From Neoconidiobolus thromboides FSU 785 (Eukaryota > Fungi > Entomophthoromycota), in the NCBI GenBank assembly GCA_025603075.1, contig MU626280.1, positions 62,001 to 126,000 of the forward strand: 64,000 nt of DNA, read 5' to 3'. Positions 1-14,453 of the stretch are shown here, piece after piece. Position numbers and translations under genes: made by a program. Position 1 is the stretch's first letter; every line of letters begins with the position of its first letter. The notes beneath the pieces are model-generated. The model saw only the letters and a list, made by a program, of their open reading frames with translations, did not search any database and was not told where the DNA came from.

Positions 1-1
1 T

Positions 2-319
2 TTAAAAGTAATTGAAGTTCAAAAACAAATTTATTTAGATTGTCCTTTCTTTGTTGAGTTAAAGTTGCAAAATAGAGGAGATAAAGTGATGCATATTGAA
101 TTATCAACTGAAAGATTAAAAATGACGTCAATACTTTATAAGGGCGTATCACCAAGGGACCTTGGCCCAATTGCCCCTGGTGGATTAATCAATTTCAAAC
201 TTGAATTTTTGCCTTTATCACCTGGGCCTCATAAACTTGGTGGGATTAAAATTATGGATATGTTTACGCATAATGTTGCTGAATTTGATCAAATTGCAGA
301 GGTATTCATTTCAAATTGA
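2..319 (+). CDS. TRAPPC13: TRAPP complex subunit 13, C-terminal exon (5' partial)
   Basis: Frame is open from base 2: LKVIEVQKQIYLDCPFFVELKLQNRG...LGPIAPGGLINFKLEFLPLSPGPHKLGGIKIMD...FDQIAEVFIS, matching the TRAPPC13 C-terminal Ig-like domain. Confidence 0.8.
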   Translation, partial: LKVIEVQKQIYLDCPFFVELKLQNRGDKVMHIELSTERLKMTSILYKGVSPRDLGPIAPGGLINFKLEFLPLSPGPHKLGGIKIMDMFTHNVAEFDQIAEVFISN

Positions 320-584
320 AAATATTTCAGTTTCATAAATTAGAAAAATGTTTACTCCTTTTATGTTATTTAATTTTAATAATTGGTAAATAAAACTAAT
401 TTTTTAAATAATAATAAGTTCAAAAATGATTATTTTTATTTTTATAATCCTAAATCTTAATTAAAAGATTCAAGCATATAGAATATTAAATCATTAATAT
501 CCATATCCAACTTTTGAAATAAATACTGGTTATCTTCCACAGCTTCAAAATGAGCAATAAAAACATAATATGTCAAATTCTTAT

Positions 585-2014
585 TTAAAATCTAAATTCA
601 TCTTCTGGTTTAATCTCTAAATAATTGGTTCTTTTCGAGGATACGTTTTCCAAATAAGGCGCCAGTGGTGAAATAAAACTGAGTTCTCTGAGACCTTCCA
701 GTATATCATGTCCTTCAAATTTAATTGACATTGAAAACGGACTTCCATGCTCACTCAGTGCTAAAGGATCACTTTTAGTAGGATTTTGACGATATTCCAA
801 ATCGACCTAGTATATAATTAAATTGAACGTAAAATAATTAAAAAAATTATACCTTTAGGAATAAAGAGTTTATAACTGGCTGTTCATTTGTTCCAAAGCG
901 CTCTTTTGTATAAAACTTTTGTTTTCCTTTATTTACTTTATCTTCGTCCTCTATATTCTTAGGTAGATACCCTGTAGGCTTATAATCCTTGGGTATATCA
1001 ACAGTAAACTCTTTCATATGTAATGGACTTTTATCAACTTGTCCTAGTCTATAATGGGAAAATGGGCCCTGAGAATATTGGTTTAAAACTAAATCTAATA
1101 ATGATTTTGGGTTGTTCCCGCTTAAAGGCAATGTATCTATAGCAGAAAGAGAGAACGCTTCTGAAAGTGCCTAAAAAATTATTGACATTAGTTCAAGATG
1201 AACCTAATCTTCAACCATTACCTGTAGTAAATAGGGTCTAATATCTGATCGTATAGTGCTAGCAAGAAAAAAATTGGTCTCTGGACGATAAACAATATAA
1301 ACTTTAGGGTATACGACGTTGCTTGTATGTCCTTGATAGATTGCTACTCTTAACCACATGTTATTCTCGTCTTTTGCAGCATATACAAGCTAGTTTTATT
1401 AGTATACTATTTATGAATAAATTAAAAAATAAACCTTTGAAAAATAAGGTGCTAAACTATCCGATATTATCCTTGCTATTTCTGGGGCTATCTCCTCAGT
1501 ACCTATTAAATAATCAGCCTATTTTCTTTTTAATTAAAAGTAAATTACCTTTGCTACTTTTTCGTGAACGTTTCATATGATATACGTTCCATTTTATTTT
1601 AGTTTGATTCCTTAAAAAATCTAAATAAAAATTAGAGCTTCTCAAAATAACGCTGAAGTAATTACATGACGTTTCCAATTGCGCTTCTTGAAATGGGGAG
1701 ATTTTACCTTCCTTTAACAATTAATAAGACTAGTTTAAGTTGCAATTGAATATTACCATAAAACCATCAACCCATTTAAGAACAAAGTCTCTTTTATTGA
1801 GTTTTTCTAAGTCTTGGTTAAGTATACTTAGCCTATATTCAATATCCTCTTTCAGCTCTTTTGACAAAATTTTTTTCCCTTCAAGTAGCTTATTTCTGAC
1901 CCAAAGCATAAACAAAGTCCTTATATCTGCCAAAGATAGCCTTCCTAATCCAAGTACTATTTGTCTCCTAGATAAATTGGGAATATCACCAAATTTTTGT
2001 ATTTCTTTATTCAT
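585..2014 (-). CDS. CHL4: Inner kinetochore protein CENP-N/Chl4 (multi-exon)
   Basis: Spliced exons give LGRLSLADIRTLFMLW, WLRVAIYQG...PKVYIVYRPETNFFLAS and C-terminal IKFEGHDILEGLRELSF...PYLENV...NYLEIK, typical of CENP-N. GT-AG introns separate the ORF-track fragments. Confidence 0.7.
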
Positions 2015-2442
2015 TTTGTTCAGTTTCGATTTATTGTTTATGTTTTCTAAAAAAAATTGATCTTAAATCTCATCCTTTAGTTTTAACTTTGGCCTTCAGA
2101 TTTCTATTTATAGAAGTAGATATTTGTTTAAGGATACAAGATTTAAGAACTTTATAGCATCTTAAAAGAAATCTAAAGATATAACAATTGTTACTAAAAA
2201 AGATGGAATTGTTTATTAATACTGATTAAAAGATTTATCTAATATATCTATTGCTCAAAATTAAGTCTGAAAGTTGTAACGAAAGGTTGAACATCCCTCA
2301 ACCAATAGCTTAATTCATGATTTAGAGTGTAGTGAATATAATATAGGGTAATATAATAGCATAAAATATGACTACTAGAAACTCTTATGTAAGAACCCTG
2401 GGGTTAAGTTTTTCAATAAAAGCATACCAAATATCTCGATAT

Positions 2443-2541
2443 GGGGCTGTTTTTTTTGGCTTCATTACTTTTTCTATCTTTTAAGCACTATTTGAATGGA
2501 GAATTTGTTAGTAAAATTCTTAAACATAAAAATACATCCCC
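2443..2541. mobile_element. MITE family copy 1
   Basis: GGGGCTGT...ACATCCCC termini flanked by ATAT/ATAT direct repeat. Confidence 0.85.
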
Positions 2542-3023
2542 ATATATTACATTCTTATAATTTATAAAAGATTAAAATTATTTTGCTCTTAGAGGTTTCT
2601 TAATGTTAATAATTATAATAAATTAATAACTATACTATATCATGATCAATTGTTATCAGTCAATAAGTATCAATATAAACCATTATATTTCAAGTATAAT
2701 CAGAGTCTATATGATGGAAACTATTAGAATTAATAGGTGGGCATTTATAATTGTTATACCTTAAAAAATATTTGTATTATACTTGGTAATTTAAATTTTA
2801 ATAAATCATAAAACATCTGATTTAATTTAATATTCATACTTCTAATACACAATAAATTTATGTATAGTCTTGATTGTTTAGTATGGTCAAGATACAAACG
2901 TTTGCAGTTTGTATTATTTAAGTATGTTTATAAAAAGCTTATAGGACTATTTCTTGATTCCTTGAAATTGTAGTTAAATAATAAATGTTTAAAAATAAAA
3001 ACTATAAGCATGGTAAACTTTAT

Positions 3024-3500
3024 TTAAGATTTGAAAGTTACTTTAAGTTGAATATGGGCAACTTGTTTTTTAGCAGGGGTGTTTATAGTACCATCAATAA
3101 TATAGCTACCATCCGGTAATCCAGCTGGAATTTCAATTTCTTTAGTAGTGGTAACTGGGCCCTTCTTAATTGGGCATTTGTTTTGTCCACTACCGACAAC
3201 AGTACAAAAATTGTAACTCTTATCAATAACGGTGACATCACCATTTTTAGCAATAACATGAGCAGTAGTCCCATCTGGGATTTCGTCACTAAGCTCACCA
3301 GTTAAAGTTACGGTGATCTTTTGTCCTCTTACTGGAACTTGAGGTGTAATACTCACTTTTGAGATATGAAGGAGATCACTTGGAAGACCACAGTCTAAGA
3401 CAGCATTACCAAGGAGTGGACGACATTCTGTGTTTGGAGTAAAACTGGCAGTAGTACTAGCGATAAGAGCAAAGGTAGTTAAAAATTTGGTAAATTGCAT
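3024..3500 (-). CDS. Secreted ML-domain lipid-binding protein (NPC2 / PG-PI transfer protein family), intronless
   Basis: Signal peptide MQFTKFLTTFALIASTTA; DCG...ISKVSITPQVPVRGQKITV...C...CPIKKGP...IP pattern of ML domains. Confidence 0.9.
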   Translation of the reverse strand: MQFTKFLTTFALIASTTASFTPNTECRPLLGNAVLDCGLPSDLLHISKVSITPQVPVRGQKITVTLTGELSDEIPDGTTAHVIAKNGDVTVIDKSYNFCTVVGSGQNKCPIKKGPVTTTKEIEIPAGLPDGSYIIDGTINTPAKKQVAHIQLKVTFKS

Positions 3501-3545
3501 CTCAAATATAATTCTTGATAGCTGAACGATTGAAACAGTACCTAG

Positions 3546-3636
3546 TTTATATACCTTCCACTTAAGCGTATGATTTTTTATTTATTTATCAATGTCTATA
3601 TGATTTCATTATAGCATGCAAGGGCGGGCCAATGTG
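3546..3636 (-). promoter_or_regulatory. Promoter of ML gene: TATA box plus GC/CCAAT elements
   Basis: TATATAAA (minus strand) at 3546-3553; GGGCGGGCCAAT near 3622-3633, rare in this AT-rich background. Confidence 0.5.
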
Positions 3637-4306
3637 AATCAAAACATTTGATACTTACATGTACAATCCCTCATTTATCCCAAAAAAGGGTATATCGGTG
3701 GAATTAATATACCACATTGAAAGCATACTTTATTCAACTGTCTTTTATAATGTTATAATATTTTTACTATTCGATTTACTCCCTTATAATACCTCGATAT
3801 ACCTTATTGTTAACGATTACTTTAATAGTTCAGTGAATTATTTTTATTTCCATTTATAAATTATCGAATTTTGGATTTTTATATATATTGTGTAACTAAT
3901 TATACTTTTATTTAGTAAGAAAAGTACTATTATCTGCTTTTAGTATTTCCAAATTTACGTCAGTATGTCATATAGTACTTAAGCATTTTGAAAGAACTAT
4001 TTGATTATACATATGATTTTATGACTCTACCTATATATACTTTTAAAAGCTTGTAAATAATAGTAACAAGCTAAATTTTGATGCACTTAAAGAATTATTG
4101 TTTAATTCTATCCCTTAATATTGTCATTCTTGATTATAAAAAGCTAAATAAGCAAGTGATTTATTTGGAGATATTATTTAGTATAAATTAATGTGATGGA
4201 TAATTTATCTAATAATACTTTAAATTTTTGTCTAAATAGTAATAAACTATCCGATTTAGTGAAATAGTTCAAGTGATATTAAAACTCAACTAAATAGTAA
4301 GGATAT

Positions 4307-4403
4307 GAGAATGTTTTTTTGACTTCATTACTTTTTCTATTTTTAAACACTATTTGAATGGAAAGATTGTTAGTAAAATTCTTAAACAAAAAAATACATT
4401 CCT
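4307..4403. mobile_element. MITE family copy 2
   Basis: Same internal sequence as copy 1; flanks ATAT/GTAT. Confidence 0.8.
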
Positions 4404-5370
4404 GTATAATATTCTATAAAAAGCTACTATTATAATCTAATAAACTTTGAATGATATAAATAGACTTTTAATGCTTCATACAGTTAAGGCAATCAAGCAT
4501 ACAAAAGATAGTCTACTTTTGTATCCTTTAAAATACTTTTGATGCATATATCGTTACTATTATATAACTGAACAGAGGGTTAAAAGAGCTGCATATTTTC
4601 ACAATTAAAAGATGCTTCATATTAACGATAACAGTTATCTGGGTTTTTGCGAAAAATGCATATTGAAAGCATTAATAAGGTATATATTAAAGAGTCATAA
4701 GAGTATTTGATTCAAATTTATTAATTCTAATATTTAGTACAATATTTGTTTTAAAGTAAAACTAATTCTAGCATTTATTTAAAATTTATACATTATTTAT
4801 AAAATTAAAACAAACAAAGATTTTTAGAAAAAGTAGAATATATTTTTTTTTGAATTAAAAATAGTTAAAGAGTTATAAATAAATATTTTAGTTAATATAA
4901 ATCAATATTATCTTTGATGTAGAAACAAAAAAATCAGTTTATTGAAATAACTCATCTTTAATTATTTTCTATATTGGTATTTCATTACATTTTGTGATTA
5001 AATCAAACGTCTTAAATTAGTATTCAAAAATAGTTTAAACTATATTAAAAAATATATCTAAATTCATATATTGCTTATGTTTTAAAATTATCATAGCTTT
5101 TTATTCCTAAAATTTAGTTAATATATTAAACTCTAAAAAATAACTTTTATTATATTACAATTTAAAATAACATTTTTAGATCATAATTTTAAATTATTAA
5201 ATTAAGTTTATAGTGAAAACAAAGGTTTACAACCATTAAAAGTATATTATCCTCATTGAGTAAAAATACAAAGCAGTTGCCCAAGTTTATAGCTTAAATT
5301 AAAAAAGATTAAATTTTCTAAGCTATTTTATCATTTAAAACAATAGTTGGTTTAAATTCTTTTAAAAAAG

Positions 5371-7662
5371 ATGGGAATTAATAATACCAGTTGGACAGAA
5401 CATAAGACAAGCGACGGAAGAGTATTTTTCTACAATAAGGAGACTAAGAAGTCATCATGGGAAAAGCCAGACGAATTAAAAGCCCCAGAAGAAGTAAGTT
5501 TTAAAAAAAAATTCGGATTAATTTTTAATTTGTTCAGAAAGCTACTCCCTGGAAAGAATATACTGCTGAAGGAGGGAAAAAGTACTATTACAACTCAGTA
5601 ACCAGAGTCACTACTTGGGAAATGCCTTCAGAACTTAGAGCCAGTAGGTCGCATAAAATTCAACAAATTTAATAATTTAATACTAAAATTTACTTTAGTT
5701 ACTGATAAATCAAAGCCAACTAGTAATGGTAGATCTCACAAGTAAATTATTTATTTATTAAATAATATTTTTAAACTTTCTATTAAGGAGATCTATTAAT
5801 GAAAATTCTCCACATAAGGGCATGTTCTTATTTTTACTCTGTTTTTTAACTACTAACAGAAATTCTTAGGTAGATCATCTTCTCAAGTAAATTCAGGCGG
5901 TAAAAACATTTTACCAATACCACCAACTACAACACAAAACGGCTCCACTCCCCAAAATAAAATGCCAATGGGTTCCACCGAAGTTGCAGTTGAATTTAAT
6001 ACTGAAGAAGAAGCCCACAAAGCGTTTACGAATCTATTGATTAAAACAGTAAGTTATATGATTTTTCGTATGTTATGTCAATAACTTTGAGAATAGGGGG
6101 TTGATTCTACTTGGACATGGGAGCAAACAATGAGAGCTATTATTAACCATCCATTATATCGTAGCCTTAAGACTAGTCAGGAAAGAAAAGAAGCATTTGA
6201 AAATTACCAAAGAAAAAAAAGAATAGAAGAAAGGGTAAACAGTATGATATGTTTCATCTACAATAAATAACAAACCAATTATAATAGGAGGCTAAATTAG
6301 CCCTAGATGAAAAAAGACAAGCCGATTTTATCAATATGTTGCATTCTAAACCAGATATTGTAATTGGAACTCGCTGGAAGTAACATTAATTTTATATTTG
6401 CGACTTTTATACTGACAATAATATTCTAGAGATGCTAGGAAAATGATAAAAAACGAAAAATTATATAATGAAATTGATAGTAAAAGTAGAAAGAAAAGGT
6501 TATATCTAGAATTTCAAAAAGATTTGAGATTTAAAGCCAGAGTAAATTTTTGGTAACTAAATTTAATCAAATATTAAGAATCCATAGGAACACGAAAGAA
6601 CTTCAAGGGCTAAACATATGGTCGAATTAGATCGACTCTTAAAAACATTGAACACTATTAATCACCTTACTCCTTACAAAGTTGGTATCAGATACTTAAA
6701 AGATCATCCAGAATACCAAAAATTAACTGAGCATAGTCCAATTGATAATTTGGATATATTGGACCTTTATGAAAATCACATTAAAAACTTGGAAGTAGCT
6801 GGTGAAGAAGAGAGACATACCCAAAAAACTAAACGTAGACGCCAAGAGAGGATAAATAGAGATGAATTTAGAGTAATAATACATTCATGTTAAAAAATGA
6901 TATACTTATATTGAAATAGGAATTATTAGAAAAAATGAAAAAGGAGGGAAGTATTAATCCTTTTACGAAATGGAAAGAGGTTTATCATATTATTTCACAA
7001 ACACCAATTTATAATGCTATGCTTGGCCAACCAGGATCTACACCATTAGAAATGTTTTTTGATACGATTGAACTTATGCACGATGAAATTTATGAACATC
7101 GCAAAGCTATTGAAACTTATTTTAAGGTAACAATAAATAAGATTTTAGCAAAACGAAAATCTAATTTTTTATAGGAAAAAGAATTTCAATTTGAGGTTAA
7201 AACAAGTTTCGAGCAGTTTATTGAGGAACTTAAAGGATTTTCTAATTTTGATAAATTGAGCCAGGAGTATCTTCAGGTAATTTATGATCAGCTATTAGAT
7301 AAAGCCGAGTTAAGGCTTAAAGATGAAAAACGTCGTCAAGAAAGGAAATTGCGCAAACAGCTAGAAGCATTCAAAACTTTTTTGAAGCATGGTAAAATAA
7401 ATATTGAAAAAGATTCAAGTTGGGAAAAGGTAAATTTAATTAATTGATTCATTAAAATATTAATAGTTTTATTTAGGTGTTGCCTTTAGTTCAGAACGAA
7501 CCGGAGTATTTAGCTATTGAAAACAAGGAAGAAGCAAAAGCAACTTTTGATAAATATATTAGCAAATTAAATGAAAGTGAGGAAAATCCTCAAGGGGCAT
7601 CTAACGAAAAGACTATGGAAAGCTTAATTTCTGAAATTGAAACTAATTTAAACCAAAAATAA
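5371..7662 (+). CDS. PRP40: U1 snRNP protein Prp40 (WW + FF domains), multi-exon
   Basis: WW domain [26 protein letters not shown], second WW ([15 protein letters not shown]), FF repeats ([19 protein letters not shown]; RINRDEF; [12 protein letters not shown]). Confidence 0.95.
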
Positions 7663-7756
7663 AATTAAAATTATGTAATCAAATTTTCTTACTACTTTTC
7701 TTTATTTAATAATATTTACGCTAATAAATATAGTTTGAAATACTGGAATAGCATTT

Positions 7757-7852
7757 GGGGATGTATTTTTATGTTTAGGGATTTTCTAACCATTTTCCGC
7801 TCAAATAGGGCTTAAAAAATGGAAAAAGTAATGAAAACAAAAAAACATTCTC
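7757..7852. mobile_element. MITE family copy 3
   Basis: GGGGATGT...CATTCTC; TSD ATTT/ATTT; opposite orientation to copies 1-2. Confidence 0.85.
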
Positions 7853-8585
7853 ATTTGTTAGAGCTTTCGCTACTGAGCCAAAATTTAGTGGGCACTTTTT
7901 ACGTCCTTGAGTAAATAGCATGTTGTTCATGTCAGTTTATACAATATGTTTTTTCCATAATAATTCTCATGACTTCTCACTTTTGTATCCTAATGCTATT
8001 TCTTCTATTTGAGTATATTATATTTTTTCCAACATCGATTGGCCAATAAACAAAACTATTGACAGTACTTTATCCTGACTTGATGATAATCATGAATTTT
8101 GTAAATAAAACTTCAAGATTCTTATAAAATTTTCTACATTTACACGCATATATATTCTGATAATCCAGTACTAGAGATAATGATATCCAAGGATAGAAAT
8201 TTAATCTAAGCATCTCGTAACACCTTGTTAATTCACAAACTCTTATTTCTTTAACAAAACTGTTGTGATTTTTTGATTTTAGTATGTTTACTGATCTTAG
8301 GTTTCCAGATTGGATTGAGGTTTTGTATTTATTTCTATAAAGCAAATCTTTATATCTACTATTCTTTTTATAAGGAATGAGTCTTGTATTTGTTTTTTGT
8401 TTTTTTGGCTTTTGAATTAATTTTCTAGTTTTTTAACCAATAAAATTCGATAACAATAGGGGGAGCTTCAGGTCAAGCTTTGCAATTTAAACCTTAATGA
8501 CATCATTGTATTTTTGTTAAGAGTAATCTGAAATTAGTATAAAAAGGAAGCTGAATTCTCTTAAAAATCGAATTAAAATTAAAAA

Positions 8586-9357
8586 ATGAGTCAAAAGAAA
8601 TACAAAACAAAATTTCCAGTGGTAAATAATTTTAGTATAAATATACAAAAAATGATAAAATTAATTTAATTTATAATTTAGTCTAGAATTAAAAAAATTA
8701 TGCAAACAGATGAAGATGTTGGTAAAATGACTTCAAATACACCAGTTGTTATATGTAAGTTTTCTTATATTATTATAATTACTTATTTTTAAAAAGTTAT
8801 ATTTGGTTTAATTTAGCTGCCGCATTAGAATTGTTTATAAAGTCAATAACTTATAAAGCATGTGAAGAAGCTAAAAAGAGAAAAGCTTCGCGTATTTCTT
8901 TAAGTCATCTGTAATTCGTTGTTTTATTTCTTAATAACAGTAGTAATATTTTGTTTTAGTAAAAGAGCTATTATGTCAATAGAACAATTTGATTTTTTAA
9001 AAGATTTAGTTGCTACAGTACCTGATCCCTCCGAAATAACGGAAGACCAAAGTCAAATAGATAAAAGATTAATACCAAATATAGGTAAGTAGTTCGTTTT
9101 ATGATAAATTTCAAAATTAGGTTTAATTATAGAATAAACATTAATATGATATTTTTATTTTAGAATTGTTTGAGAAAAAAGACTCAAAAAAGAACAGTAA
9201 AGATAAAAATGAAAGTAAGATTATAACAATAACGATCAAAGGAGAGAAACTAAAATATATTTTAGGACCTAATCCAGCTAGTTTAGAGTTTATTCAAAAT
9301 CCAGTTGATAAGGAAATATCTACAACAAAATCATCTAATAAAGGTGAGTCCTTATAA
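8586..9357 (+). CDS. BUR6: NC2 alpha (DRAP1/Bur6) histone-fold transcription cofactor, multi-exon
   Basis: Spliced: MSQKKYKTKFPV/SRIKKIMQTDEDVGKMTSNTPVVI/..ALELFIKSI...ISLSHL/KRAIMSIEQFDFLKDLV. Confidence 0.9.
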
Positions 9358-9553
9358 TTCCTATTTTTTAAATAATATTTCTATTTTTAAAATTAATTTA
9401 TTTTTTGTCACTTGCTATTTAAACTATATTTATTTAAATGTTTTGACTATTTTCTTAAATACTTTAAAACCCCAAGATAATATATATGCAATAAAATAAT
9501 ACGAATAAGCAATAATTTTAAAATAATTTAATAAAAGAGTAAAAATATATATT

Positions 9554-11639
9554 TTAATCTTCCATTTTTTCTTCATCAGTATAATCTTCATCAAACCTAA
9601 AAATAAAGTTAGCTCATTGAAATTACACTGTTTTAAAAAATTACTCTTCCCCGACTTCACTCTCAGATTCAGCAACAAAATCTTCATCAGGACTCTCTTC
9701 ATCAAGATCACTATCTTGATTTGCTGCTGTACCCCCGACGACTTCATCATCATCATCATCGTCATAATCCGAATAGTTAATAGCCTAAAAACAAATAAGT
9801 AAACATCAAAAAACTACCAAAGTATTACTTTTTGAGCTGATTCATCCTTAAAACGAATACTCTTACTTCTGAGGTACAGCTCAATATTTTTAAACTCTTC
9901 TCTAAAGTCAAGATTTAATTGAAGATTCAAACCTTTTAAATAGTAATTACTTATTAATGCTAGAAAATTGGTGACTTAGTCCGCCTTTTAGATTAAATTT
10001 AAGGTCGAATGTACGTGAACTAGCAACAGATCCTGCCCCAACTCTGGATAAAAATAAGACAAAAAATAAGCAGACCAAATATAACTTTACCTTGAAAAAT
10101 TAACGGATCCAATTTCAGAGTGAGGAATTTCAATTGTAGGTTTAGGTACAAACAAAAATGATTTATCTAATGGATACAGATTGCCTTCACTAGCCTTCAA
10201 TGAGCATTTAAAGGCCCTAGTATTGTATTGTCTAAAAAGATTAAGTTTAACTTCAATTATTATAATATCAATCTACCCTGAATAAGCATCCGTTTCTTTG
10301 ATCAAAGTCTTATTTGCAAGTACTTTGAAAACATCAGTAACAATTTCTGAAGTTGGTTTAGAATACTGAGGCTCTAATTTTTCTTTTAATTTAGAATCAA
10401 TATCTTTGCTATAAACATTTTAATACATTGTTATTTAAAATTGATTAAATTTACTCATCAAGGTTAAGCTCAATATCTAATTCTTCATTTATATTCCATT
10501 GGAGGACCAAATGCGGATATCTTGTTTGCCCTTGACGAAGAGGTGGGTCTAATCCAATCTACTTCATTTAGCACATTTATACAATTGATTTTATGTCAAT
10601 CTTACCACAAAAATCATATGTTGAGCATCTGGTTTAGGCAAATAAAATAGCTTCGAGATATTGGTATACAAAAGTTTATAATCATAAGTTTTACCACGAA
10701 GGCGGAAAAAGGTTGGAAACATATCGACATCGTATCTTCCTCTACATTATAATTGTCATTAGTTGGTTATACGATAAAAAAATGTTTAATATACCTTGGC
10801 GTAATAAATAGAGTTTCTGAAAACAAGCAGATGGCTTCTCCAGAAACTTGGAGGTCAGCCCTATCTTTAATTGTTTCATAAAACTCTGCTGCTGCGCTTT
10901 GAACCTCTTGATCATCACCTTCTGCTTTATTGTCTTCTTTGTTAACTGCTGAAGAATTGGGAATATAAAATCTCATTTCTACTAACTCGTCGCTTGCGAA
11001 TTTTTTGCTTTCTGGTGCTTTTTTGACTAAAGGATCTTCTGGTTGAAGGAATTCTAAACTAACTTCATTTTTTGCAACTAAATTAGTATTTGCTACTTTT
11101 GACAGTGGTAGTTCAAAGGTAGGTTTATCATTAACACCGAAAATCAAATCAGAGCCTAGCAAATGTTAGTTGTTATAGCTTGTTAAAAAAGGAATAAATA
11201 TACCATCAAACTCAGCTCTACCCCAGTTCCAGCCTTTTACACTAAACTCTTTAATTTCTATATTACATTTATAAACTTTTTGAGCTGCAGTTTTTAATTT
11301 TTCAAGGTCCTAAATAATCTGAATTAATTTCTTTTTTTTCAACATAAAGATCAAATAACTAACATCTTTTAAAAACCCTTGAAGACGAATAATAGTTTGG
11401 TCTTTTAAGCTGATACATAACTCATAATTTCTACACGCTCTATACCAGGTTAGGCGCTTAAAGGACTCTTTCGCAGCAGTATATACTTCTTTGCTACCTT
11501 TCCAACCTAAACCCATGGCCGCAAACCTCAATTTACCAGGCTCTTTGAAGTTCCCTCGTATTTTGTTGACATTTTTTTTGTCGCTTGGGTAGTATACATC
11601 AATGTATATTTTTTCAAACTGGCATAAATAATCACTCAT
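9554..11639 (-). CDS. POB3: FACT complex subunit POB3/SSRP1, multi-exon
   Basis: [13 protein letters not shown]; [11 protein letters not shown]; [13 protein letters not shown]...NEVSLEF; [11 protein letters not shown]; [25 protein letters not shown]; acidic tail ending DEEKMED*. Confidence 0.97.
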
Positions 11640-12202
11640 TTTTAAAAAAAATCAAAATGATAAAATCGTCAATTTTATTTTTGGAATTTTTATTTGCTTG
11701 TCGTGTAACTTAGCGCGTTTTGTCCAATTAAATTTAAAGTTGATTGGTTTCATTATCAACTTTTTATACTAACAAAGAAAATAGTTTGCAAAATTTGTTA
11801 GATAGTATAAAAAGGCTTATCTTATAGTTACAACAGTCATATAAACCTTTTATTAATAACTGATAGAATGAATTAATCTATTGATATGTCGATTATATTT
11901 ACGATGGCTATGATTAACATTTATTTAAGAAGCTATTTTTAAAAATGGTTTATTATTTAAAGCTTACATGTTATAAAATAAAAGTTTAGAAGTGAAAGAA
12001 AATAAAGGTATAATAGTTTTTTAATTTGAATAATATAAGTGATGCATCCAAAGATAATCATAGTCTTGAAAATATGTATTTATCCATTTTAAATTTCATT
12101 CGTTTGAAAGACTTCCAAAAAATAAAATAACAATAAAAAGTATAATAAGCTTATATTAACTCAACGCTAACCCCAAAAGCAAAAAAAGAAGCTAACGTTA
12201 AC

Positions 12203-14152
12203 TTATTCCGTACGCATTTGTTGAGTATAGGAAGGAGGGGCACTCTCATAATTTTCGGAAAAGAACGCCTCCTTATTTTCATTTAAAAATAGAAGCAGTT
12301 GATTAAGCTGAATCTGAATCATTTTTAGTCCATTAACCTCAATCTCAGCATGTGAGAGTAAAAAGGGGAGATGTACAAACAGACGAATTAAGTGTTCGGC
12401 CCCATAAATATCTAATAAATCAAAATCGTTTCTACTGGGATCTTCTTGGGAGTTAGGAAAATAAGGTGCGGTAGCATCCTCAGATTCGCTTGCTTTTGGA
12501 AAATTTAATACAGTTTCACTATGTTGCGCACGTTCAAATCGATATAATAAAAAGGACCCTACTGTTTTAACAAAATATAAAGCTAACCCATCAATGATTT
12601 CATTAATTATATTCTCTTGTGCTGCGGTTTCTTCTTCATTAACTGGGGATCTACAAATTTAGTTTAGACTCATTGCACAAAAACTAATATTTAATCTTTA
12701 CCTAGGATTGAGAGGGCTGTGTGGCTGATTAGGAATACTAAAAAAGGAGTAATCATTACCTCCATTAAAAGATCCACAAAACTCTTTATTATTGGAAATA
12801 TCGGCTAATTCGGATTTATTGATACTCTTATTATTTAGTGTACTAAAAAGGTTCTCCTTCTTGCTCTTTTCAATTGCATAGACACGATAAGAGTCAAGGA
12901 TTTGTCTAACTGAAGGTTTTCTAGGTAAAGGGACTAATTTTTGCCCACGAGTAATACAATCCCACTGATCAACAAGAAAAAGTTTAAGCGGGTCAGGGAT
13001 GTCTAATTCAATCTTAATCTTTGGCACTGGTGGAGAAGGTACTTTGACTTCTTGATCTTCCACTGCTTCAGTACCATTGATACTCTCTTTACGTTTGATA
13101 TTTAGAACTGGCTTAGGACCATTGGCAGAATTTGATCTTAAACGAGAGCCACCTGCCTGTCCACGACCAAAGTTAGGATCATCGCTTGTTCCAAGTGCTA
13201 AAGCATCAGATAAAGGTATACCATTGACATCATATAATTGACTACCAGGGGAAGCAATGTCTTCATTTAAGAGTTTAGCTGCTTGTAACCTTTTACTCTG
13301 TTATAAGAATATTAACATAATAAAACTTAAATTTAAGAGCAACTTACCCTTATCTCAGCTACATCTGAGTTACGCTTTCTACCTCTTGAGCTAATATCTG
13401 GAGGAGTAGAAGTGAGTGGTATTGAAGCAGAAGGCGAATAATTGACAGAAGCTGGAGTGTTCGGTTTAACACCAAAAGGCTTTGGTGATTTAGCTTTGGT
13501 ATTTTTCTTTGGATTGTTTGGATTGGTCACTATTTCTTTGAGTTCATTTTGTTTTTCTAAATTCTTTTCGTTGAGCTTAAGTATCCTACTAGTTGGAACC
13601 CATTCATCCCAGCTAAAAAATTAATTTTAAAGGGTGTATAAATAAAAAGCGAACTATTTCTTACCGACTTTTCCAGCCTTTATAATGCACTCGATACCTT
13701 ACACCAGGCTGATCCGAGCCTTCGCTATGATCTTGTTGCTTATTGCTATTTTTTTTGCTACCTCCTTTTTCCTTCTTTATCCTTTCGCTGTCCCAAATCT
13801 CGCGTTTCATTACCTTTAAATTATTAACATATCATCTAAAATTCAAAAAATGATTACCTTAGCCTCATATAATAAAGGGCCATGATAACATAATAAATTT
13901 TCTCCAATACCGAATTCAAATCCTAAGCCAGAACTCTCTGTGTTCGTTTCATTGCTTTCTGCAATTGATTCATATGATTTAGTAATTCGTATTAACAAAT
14001 CTTATATTAAATCTAGGCTAAAAAAAGTAAATGTTACCTTTGATATCTGGTGACGTTGGCTTTGGAGTTGCCTTTAATTCTTTCTCGTCATCCGGATTGC
14101 CCTCTTCCTCTTTGATCGTATTGTCACTATTTTGCATCTTAACGCTATCCAT
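12203..14152 (-). CDS. EAF3: Chromodomain + MRG protein Eaf3/MRG15, multi-exon
   Basis: FGIGEKFIMYHGPLLYEAK, YKGWK..WDEWVPTSRILK chromo barrel; IKIELDIPDPLKLFLVDQWDCIT...LVPLPRKPSVRQILDSY MRG domain. Confidence 0.95.
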
Positions 14153-14453
14153 CTTAAAATTTATTGATGCAAAAACAAGAAACTTTGGTCATGAAACTAG
14201 GTTTTTAGTGTTATTGCACAAAGCACATGAGTTATCACTATTTCAATTTGATATAATTTTGCAAAAACATACTAATTTTATACTTTATATGGAACTAATT
14301 TATTAATTATGATAATTAAATTATAAAATATTTATAAATTTATTTCAAATAATTCTTTTCAAATAGAATAAATCAAAAACATAAGGTACATATCAAAAAC
14401 TAAATAAGTGTAATAAAAAAATTAAGTATTTACTATTTTTTGGTATTAATAAT

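Noticed and set aside
2100-2140. GTATCCTT (U12-type 5' splice motif) upstream of CENP-N
   Set aside because: No in-frame upstream exon or properly spaced U12 branch site.
8070-8345. 91-aa minus-strand ORF (MLYRNKYK...)
   Set aside because: No recognisable domain; might be an LRR-gene relic but I cannot support it.
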